32,000 bases of DNA from Gemmata obscuriglobus (GTDB taxonomy: Bacteria; Planctomycetota; Planctomycetia; Gemmatales; Gemmataceae), in assembly GCF_008065095.1 (NCBI RefSeq), contig NZ_CP042911.1, positions 720,001-752,000 of the forward strand, in the 5' to 3' direction. Below the pieces are notes generated by a model. It was given only the letters and a program-made list of their open reading frames with translations. It was not told where the DNA came from and searched no databases. Both the position numbers and the translations under genes were made by a program. Of this stretch, positions 16,036-22,379 are shown piece by piece. How positions within the stretch are numbered: the stretch's first letter is position 1; the number at the start of each line of letters is the position of its first letter.

Positions 16036-16368
16036 CGCTTTCACCCCACCCGAATTCACACCCCTACGGGAACGCGCGCCGGGCCTGTCGGAACTCTCGG
16101 CGCGGCCGCCCGCCCAATCGCGAAACTCGGTTGACCGGCCCGCCGCGCCGGAGCTAAGAGAACTCTCATCCCGTCGGCGTTTGCCCGCCGCCTGATTTCT
16201 AGCGTCGCCCGTGAGTTCGCGGCCGCCGCCGCGCGACTTCGTACCCCACAGCGGGGCCGGCTGCCTCCGGCCCGTTTCGCCCCCTTTATCCATGGCCCGG
16301 CGCTCGCGGCCACTGCCCGCGTTCGCTCCACTCGTGCGCGCATTACCCTGCGCGCCGGAGGCAACACT

Positions 16369-17580
16369 ATGTCCACGACCGACCGCACCCACGCCGCGTT
16401 CCTCCCGAAGCTCGACGCGCTCGAACAACGTGAGGTGCCCGCCGTTCTCGCGTCGTTCAACACCGGCATACTCACCGTCACCGGCGACAGCGCCGCGAAC
16501 GACATCGTTGTCGCCGCGGACGCCAACGGCACTTTGCAGGTGACGAACAACGGCGCGGCGGTCACCATCCGCAGCACGTTCGGCGCCCCGAACAAGGCGA
16601 ACCTTCAGACCGTCATTGTGGACGCGAAGGGGGGCAACGACTCCATCGTGATCCAGAACTCGATCAACGTGTTGGACGCTAATGGGAAGCTCGCGTTCGC
16701 GGCGAACAGCGTGCTCTACGGCGGTGCCGGTAACGACACCATCCGCGTACTCGCGGGCGGGTTCGTCGGCGGGTTGCCGGCACAGGGACAGCCGCTGCCG
16801 AACATCGTCGGCAACTCCACGATGTACGGCGGTTCTGGCGACGACTTCCTCGACAGCGGGTTCGGCAACGACACGATGTACGGGGAGAGCGGCAACGACA
16901 CGTTCCGCTGGCTCCCGGGCACGCTGATCGACGCGTTCGACGGCGGCGGCGGCAACGACACCGCCGTCGTGGTCGGGAACACGACGGCGATCCCGGACCT
17001 GACGACGCCCGACCCGAACGACACGGGCAACGGCGACAGCTTCCGCCTCGACGCCGACCCCGCGACCGGCGGGGTTAAGTTCCAGCGGACGAACCTGGTG
17101 CCGTTCTTCATCAACATCACCACGACCGAAACCGTCGTGATGCAGACCGGCGGCGGGAACGACACGATCACCGTGACCGCCCTCGCCGGCACCGGCGTGA
17201 AGAGCGTGGTCATGGACGGCGGCGACGGGGACGACAAGCTCGACGGGTCGGCGGCAAACGTGACGCTCCAAATCTTCGGCGGCGCGGGCAACGACACGCT
17301 GAGCGGCGGGTCGAAGAACGACGTGCTCGTCGGCGGCGACGGGAACGACACGCTGAGCGGCAGGAAGGGCACCGACACGCTCGACGGCGGCGCCGGAAAC
17401 GACACGCTCGACGACGGCGGCAAGGACGGCGCGCAGGACGTGCTGATCGGCGGGACCGGCGCCGACACCTTCGTGCGGCGCCAGTTAAACAAGTCCACGG
17501 CGCCGGTCCCGCTGTTCGACGAACTGGTGCTCGACTTCAGCGCCGCCGACGGCGACGTGACCAAGATCATGTTCATCTAA
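16369..17580 (+). CDS. secreted calcium-binding protein with RTX/hemolysin-type GGxGxD repeats
   Basis: GGAGG lies 7 nt upstream of the ATG. There are at least 8 G-(G/S)-x-G-N-D-T units (GGAGNDTI, GGSGDDFL, GESGNDTF, GGGGNDTA, GGAGNDTL, GGDGNDTL, GGAGNDTL...). The N-terminus carries the LDALEQREVPAV motif. Confidence 0.8.
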   Translation: MSTTDRTHAAFLPKLDALEQREVPAVLASFNTGILTVTGDSAANDIVVAADANGTLQVTNNGAAVTIRSTFGAPNKANLQTVIVDAKGGNDSIVIQNSINVLDANGKLAFAANSVLYGGAGNDTIRVLAGGFVGGLPAQGQPLPNIVGNSTMYGGSGDDFLDSGFGNDTMYGESGNDTFRWLPGTLIDAFDGGGGNDTAVVVGNTTAIPDLTTPDPNDTGNGDSFRLDADPATGGVKFQRTNLVPFFINITTTETVVMQTGGGNDTITVTALAGTGVKSVVMDGGDGDDKLDGSAANVTLQIFGGAGNDTLSGGSKNDVLVGGDGNDTLSGRKGTDTLDGGAGNDTLDDGGKDGAQDVLIGGTGADTFVRRQLNKSTAPVPLFDELVLDFSAADGDVTKIMFI

Positions 17581-17586
17581 CGAGCG

Positions 17587-17639
17587 GTGATGGGCCGACC
17601 CGAGCGAGGTGAAACACCTCGCTCGGGTCGGCCCATCAC
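17587..17639. terminator. 25-bp perfect hairpin; bidirectional terminator between convergent genes
   Basis: GTGATGGGCCGACCCGAGCGAGGTG-AAA-CACCTCGCTCGGGTCGGCCCATCAC. It almost fills the 59-nt gap between the stops at 17580 (+) and 17640 (-). Confidence 0.7.
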
Positions 17640-18104
17640 TCAAGCCGACTTTTTCTGCGCGAATGGGTTTTCGGCGGCCCACTTCTTCTCGGCCGCGGCC
17701 TTGCGCTCGGCGCTGAGCGGGGTGCTGAACGACCACGTGTGCCCGAACGGGTCCACTACCTGCCCGTATCGGTCGCCCCAGAACATGTCTTCGGCCGGCA
17801 TGGTGGCCGTCGCGCCGGCGCCAGCCGCTTGCGCGATGGCGGCGTCGCAGTCCGGCACGCACAGGTGCAGCGTCACCGGGGACGGCCCGGACGGGGTGCG
17901 AGAGACGCCCCCGCAGTACTCGGGGAAGTCGTCGCACAGGAACAGCGTGGCATCGCCAATCTTCAGCGCCGCGTGCATCAACCGGTCGTCATCGGCGGGC
18001 ATGCGCGAGAGTTCAACCGCCCCGAGCGCGGCGGTGTAGTACTCGATCGCCTTCGCCCCACCCTTGACCACGAGGTGCGGAATGAGCCCCTTCATTTCGG
18101 ACAT
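17640..18104 (-). CDS. VOC/glyoxalase-bleomycin resistance superfamily protein (PhnB-like)
   Basis: The sequence starts MSEMKGLIPHLVVKGGAKAIEYYTAALGA and contains MHAALKIGDATLFLCDD and MFWGDRYGQVVDPFGHTWSF. This is the typical PhnB-like pattern. Confidence 0.8.
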   Translation of the reverse strand: MSEMKGLIPHLVVKGGAKAIEYYTAALGAVELSRMPADDDRLMHAALKIGDATLFLCDDFPEYCGGVSRTPSGPSPVTLHLCVPDCDAAIAQAAGAGATATMPAEDMFWGDRYGQVVDPFGHTWSFSTPLSAERKAAAEKKWAAENPFAQKKSA

Positions 18105-18350
18105 CGCTTACCCCCCTTGTTTAAAACCACCGCGGTAATGTGCCCTGCACGCCCGTCGGGCGCAATGTCAGTTGTGGCACATTTTGTGATCGCGTGTTCA
18201 GGTAAATGATCGGTTCCTGCGCTGAAGACGCATGAACCTTTCCGTCGGAACGCGTGTCCCGGTATGAGTTCGGTGGGCGGCGCGGCGAGAGGCCGCGGGG
18301 CCTTTGCGCCGAATGCAACCGGCGGGCCTCCGCCGCGCCGAGTGCCGCCC

Positions 18351-19133
18351 ATGAACGCGATCCGCAAGTACCCCCGTACCCGGCACCTGATCGGCTCGCG
18401 GTTGCAACCCGGCGACGAAGACCTGGACGCGGTGCCCATGTCCGAGTTGAAGGGCAGGTACGTTGTCCTTGAGGAGAAGATGGACGGCGCGAACTGCGGC
18501 GTCAGCTTCTCGCCGGAACTCGAGCTGCGGCTCCAGAGCCGGGGACACTACCTGACGGGCGGGCCGCGCGAGCGCCAGTTCGACCTGCTGAAGCAGTGGG
18601 CCGGCGCGATGTCCGACCGGTTGCTCGACCGGCTCGCGGACCGGTACGTCATGTACGGCGAGTGGCTGTACGCCAAGCACACCGTCTACTACGACGCGCT
18701 CCCGCACTTTTTCATGGAGTTCGACATCCTCGACACCGCGACCGGGGAGTTCCTCGACACGCCGCGGCGCGCGGAACTGCTGGCGGACCTCCCAGTGAAG
18801 CCGGTGAAGGTGCTGTTCGCGGGCGAGTTCCCCGGCGAGGAGCTCCTTCGGGCGCTGGTGGGGCCGTCACACTTCGTTACGGAGAGCGCCCCGGGGCAGT
18901 TCCGGGCGGACGTGGCGAAGCTGGGCTGGGACGTCGAGCGCGCGGTGCGCCAGACCGACCTGACGGGCGTGATGGAAGGGTTGTACGTGAAGGTCGAAGA
19001 GAACGGCGTTGTGACGGAGCGGTACAAGTTCGTTCGCTCCGAGTTCACGCAACTGGTCACCGCCGACGGGCACTGGCAGGACCGCCCGCTGGTCCCGAAC
19101 CGCCTCGCCGCCGGTGCGGAACTGTTCGAGTAG
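18351..19133 (+). CDS. RNA ligase family protein (covalent nucleotidyltransferase, Rnl2-like superfamily)
   Basis: The ATG at 18351 gives MNAIRKYPRTRHLIGSRLQPGDEDL, an N-terminal signature I associate with stand-alone bacterial RNA ligases. The motif I lysine is in VVLEEKMDGANCGV, with later YGEWLYAKH and EGLYVKV motifs. The track ORF starting at 18264 adds a Gly/Arg-rich extension. Confidence 0.7.
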   Translation: MNAIRKYPRTRHLIGSRLQPGDEDLDAVPMSELKGRYVVLEEKMDGANCGVSFSPELELRLQSRGHYLTGGPRERQFDLLKQWAGAMSDRLLDRLADRYVMYGEWLYAKHTVYYDALPHFFMEFDILDTATGEFLDTPRRAELLADLPVKPVKVLFAGEFPGEELLRALVGPSHFVTESAPGQFRADVAKLGWDVERAVRQTDLTGVMEGLYVKVEENGVVTERYKFVRSEFTQLVTADGHWQDRPLVPNRLAAGAELFE

Positions 19134-19142
19134 GGCGCAAGC

Positions 19143-19181
19143 GGACGGGCCGGCCACAACGCGTTTGTGGCCGGCCCGTCC
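19143..19181. terminator. 17-bp perfect hairpin; bidirectional terminator between convergent genes
   Basis: GGACGGGCCGGCCACAA-CGCGT-TTGTGGCCGGCCCGTCC lies between the RNA ligase stop (19133) and the propeller gene stop (19216). Confidence 0.65.
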
Positions 19182-19215
19182 ACTTGTGCCTTTGGGGCGA
19201 GCTTCTAACCCTACC

Positions 19216-20568
19216 TTACTCCGCGAGCGAGAAGCACACGAGTTCCTTGTCGTTGCGGATGTAGACGCTCTTGTTCGCGAACGCCGGGTGCGTCCACAGC
19301 ACCTTGCGCCCGAACGCGGCGCCGGTCGGGTCGAGCAGGTGGGTGCGGCTGAGTTCCTCGTACCCCTTCGGCGAGAGCCGCGCGATGATCAGGTCGCCGG
19401 TCTCGGAAAAGAGGACGTGCCGGTCCCCGTTCTTCACCACGAACGCGGTCCCCGACCCGCTGCCCTTGAACCCCTCTTCCTCTTCCTTGCCGATCACCGG
19501 CTTGTGCGTGAACCACAGCTTCTTGCCCGTCCCCAGTTCGACCGCGCGCAGCATGCCGGGCTGGTCCACGCCGTAGATGGTGCCGCCCTCAATGAGGGGC
19601 GTCATGTTAACGGGGTACAGCCCGCGCGGCTTCGCCTTCGCGCCCGCTTTGTCCACCGCCTCGTTCCACACCACCGACGCGCCGGGCTTGTCGCGGTCGA
19701 GCTTGAGAACGGCACACGCGCCGATCCCGCCGGCGAACAGCAGGTCCCCGCTCTGCCGCGGCGCCATGATCGACATCCCGTACATCGGCTCCAGGTCCAC
19801 CTTCCAGTACACCTTGCCGGTGAGCGGGTCGAGGCTGTTGAGGGCCTGCGCGTGCCAGATCAGCACTTGGTCGGTCCCGCCCGCGTGGATGAGCGTGGGC
19901 GGGCAGTACCCGGGCTCGCGCGCCTCAAGGGCCTTCCACAGTTCCTTGCCGGTCTCCTTGTCGAAGGCAATCGCAGTGGCCTTGTCGCCCCCGGCGAGGC
20001 AGATCAGCGCGTTCTTGTACACGAGCGGGTGCCCGCAGAAGCCCCACACGGGCACCTTCGCGCTGTAGTCCTTCACGAAGTTTTTCGACCAGACCACTTT
20101 TCCGGTAGCGGCGTCGAGGCAGAAGAGGTCGCCCATCGCGCCCAGGGAGTAGACCTTGCCGCCGCTGACGGTGGGGGTGCAGCGCGGCCCGGCCGGGTAG
20201 CTGATCTGGTAGGGGCACTCGTACCCGTGCTTCCACAACTCCTTGCCGTCCTTCGCGTCGAGGCACAGCACCCGCTCGGTGCTGTTCACCTTCTGCTTGG
20301 TGTCGAACGGGTCTTCGGGGTTCGCCGCGCCTTTCGCGAGCAAGCGGTCGAGCACGTACACCCGGCCGCCCGCGACCGCCGGGCCGCTGTAGCCGGCCCC
20401 GATCGCCGCCGTCCACGTCGGCTTCAAGCCGGCCGCGGGGAACTTCTTCACGATGCCGGTTTCGGCCCACACGTCGTCCCGGTTCGGCCCCATCCACTGG
20501 GGCCAGTCGTCGGCCCGAACGGGCGCACAAACAAAGAGTAAAGCGAGGCAGGTGAGGGTGCGTGACAC
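19216..20568 (-). CDS. PQQ-like beta-propeller repeat protein with signal peptide
   Basis: A GTG start follows GGAGG with a 5-nt spacer. The N-terminus is MSRTLTCLALLFVCAPVRA|DDWPQWMGPNRD. Repeated blades are visible (GGRVYVLD, CLDAKDGKELW, GGKVYSLG, CLDAATGKVVW, SLDPLTGKVYW, AVELGTGKKLW). Confidence 0.85.
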   Translation of the reverse strand: MSRTLTCLALLFVCAPVRADDWPQWMGPNRDDVWAETGIVKKFPAAGLKPTWTAAIGAGYSGPAVAGGRVYVLDRLLAKGAANPEDPFDTKQKVNSTERVLCLDAKDGKELWKHGYECPYQISYPAGPRCTPTVSGGKVYSLGAMGDLFCLDAATGKVVWSKNFVKDYSAKVPVWGFCGHPLVYKNALICLAGGDKATAIAFDKETGKELWKALEAREPGYCPPTLIHAGGTDQVLIWHAQALNSLDPLTGKVYWKVDLEPMYGMSIMAPRQSGDLLFAGGIGACAVLKLDRDKPGASVVWNEAVDKAGAKAKPRGLYPVNMTPLIEGGTIYGVDQPGMLRAVELGTGKKLWFTHKPVIGKEEEEGFKGSGSGTAFVVKNGDRHVLFSETGDLIIARLSPKGYEELSRTHLLDPTGAAFGRKVLWTHPAFANKSVYIRNDKELVCFSLAE

Positions 20569-20685
20569 GTCGGCCTCCGAATGCAGGGTGTGCGAGCGGT
20601 TGGGAGGGATACGGAAGGGACGTGCCTGTCTTACAGGGAAGGGCGGCGCCCGTGTGCCCCGTGGCGCACAGGCGTCGCCGCGCGG

Positions 20686-21099
20686 TCACTTCGATTTCAG
20701 GTCGAAATCGAAGGTGTTCGGTCCGTCGCCGACGACCTCGCGGATGATGGTCCCGTCGTTGTACTTGGCCGGGAGCAGGTTCTCCTCGACCGTCTGGTCG
20801 TACCCGGGGCCGTCGATCTTCATCTTCTCCTTCATGGAGATCTTGCGCATCGCGGCGAGCCGCACCTTGTTCTTGCCGACCGGGGCCATGCCCTCGTAGC
20901 GGCCGTCGAGCAGGGTACAGGTGCCGGGCGGTTCGCCGTTCGCCGCGTCGAACGTGACCGTGCCGGTTTCGACCGCCTTGCCGTCGAGCGTCACCTTGCC
21001 GGACACCCGGGCGCGGGCCACGTCGGTCCTCTTTTTGTCGCACCCGACCAGCGCCGCAGCGGCGAGCAGGAGGGCGCAGGCGCAAGCGCAGCGGATCAC
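20686..21099 (-). CDS. lipoprotein with carboxypeptidase-regulatory-like (Ig-like beta-sandwich) domain
   Basis: A GTG start follows GAGGTG with a 5-nt spacer. The lipobox is LLLAAAALVGC|DKK. VSGKVTLDGKAVETGTVTFD...GRYE is typical of the CarboxypepD_reg-like fold. Confidence 0.7.
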   Translation of the reverse strand: MIRCACACALLLAAAALVGCDKKRTDVARARVSGKVTLDGKAVETGTVTFDAANGEPPGTCTLLDGRYEGMAPVGKNKVRLAAMRKISMKEKMKIDGPGYDQTVEENLLPAKYNDGTIIREVVGDGPNTFDFDLKSK

Positions 21100-21168
21100 A
21101 ATAGCACCTCGTAGAGAGAAAACCCGCCGAGATGAACCCGGCGGGCCGCGTGTGCGAACGTTAGCGGG

Positions 21169-22221
21169 TTAATCGTTAACCAGCGGGATCCCGTCGTCGC
21201 GGGTGGCGAGTTGGGCCAGGGTCGCGATCGGCAGGCTGTCGCGGAGGAATTTCACCGACCCGTCGCCGTACAGGGCGTTGACCCCGCCGGTGTGCGCCGA
21301 GTTGAGCGGGACGTTGGTCCCCACGTTGTCACACACGCCCTGGTTGCCGCAGTCCCCGGGCGGGTCGACCCAGCCGGTCTTCTGGTTGATGCGGTACCGG
21401 ATGGTGGTCATCTGGAAGGTGCGGGCGTCGCCGATGTTCCCGCCGCCGGCCGGCGTGCGGTTGGTGTGCCAGCCGATCATCCACCCGTGGAGCTGTCCGG
21501 TGCCCCAGCTCACCTTGGACCCGTTCGCCGTGACCAGGAAGTCGTTCTGCTCGCTCACCAGGATCTGGTTGCTGGTGCCGTCGCCGATCTGGTTGAGTGC
21601 CAGTTTGGTCTCCACCCCCGGAACCAGCGCGCCGCCGCCCGAGGCGATGCCCCCGGAGCAGCACCCGGCGCTGCCGCTGTTGGTGAAGAACCGGCTCTCG
21701 GTGTACCCCGTGATCAGCCCGTTCACGGCACCGGTGACGGCGACGTAGTGGTTCTTCTGGATGTTGCTCCCGTTGTGCGGGGACGGGGTCACGTCCCCGA
21801 TCGGGGACGACGGGCACAGGTAGTTCTTGATCCGGGCGTTGCTGGCCACGGTGCAGTTGTTGGTGGCGCTGGCCCCCCACCCGGACCCGCCGGTGAAGGT
21901 GAACTGCTTGAACATGTTGTCCTGCTCCATGTTGGGCAGGATGAACACCGTCCACGCGCTGCCCCAGCCGTTACCGGTGCCGTAGGGCGGCGTGTCGGTC
22001 GTGCCGCCGGACGGCAGGTGGCCGCGCTGGTCGTGGAAGTTGTGGATCGCCAACCCCATCTGCTTGAGGTTGTTCTGGCAGGACATGCGTGCGGCCGCTT
22101 CGCGGACCTTTTGCACGGCGGGCAATAACAGGCCGATCAGGATCGCGATGATCGCGATCACCACCAGCAGCTCGATCAGCGTGAACGCACGCCGCGAGCG
22201 GGAAGAAACGGGGGCGGGCAT
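21169..22221 (-). CDS. DUF1559 protein with prepilin-type N-terminal cleavage/methylation domain
   Basis: The ATG at 22221-22219 gives [55 protein letters not shown]. The C-terminal part has DGTSNQILVSE and LYGDGSVKFL. It is a paralog of 3185..4243. Confidence 0.9.
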   Translation of the reverse strand: MPAPVSSRSRRAFTLIELLVVIAIIAILIGLLLPAVQKVREAAARMSCQNNLKQMGLAIHNFHDQRGHLPSGGTTDTPPYGTGNGWGSAWTVFILPNMEQDNMFKQFTFTGGSGWGASATNNCTVASNARIKNYLCPSSPIGDVTPSPHNGSNIQKNHYVAVTGAVNGLITGYTESRFFTNSGSAGCCSGGIASGGGALVPGVETKLALNQIGDGTSNQILVSEQNDFLVTANGSKVSWGTGQLHGWMIGWHTNRTPAGGGNIGDARTFQMTTIRYRINQKTGWVDPPGDCGNQGVCDNVGTNVPLNSAHTGGVNALYGDGSVKFLRDSLPIATLAQLATRDDGIPLVND

Positions 22222-22379
22222 GGCGGCCTCGGGAGAAGAGGAACAACCAAGAATCGAAAAAGGGACATCGAACCAGCAACACAATACCTACACAAAACAG
22301 GTTCCGCAATGATAACTATCTGAAGATCGCAGAAGCGGATATCTTCGCCCGTCCGCCCTTGAACACCAAAGGGGACCCC

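Noticed and set aside
16700-17460. Recurring AACGACAC-containing units considered as a DNA tandem repeat or mobile repeat
   Set aside because: They are the in-frame codons of the GGxGNDT calcium-binding repeats of the RTX-like protein. They are spaced irregularly and are explained by protein-level repetition.
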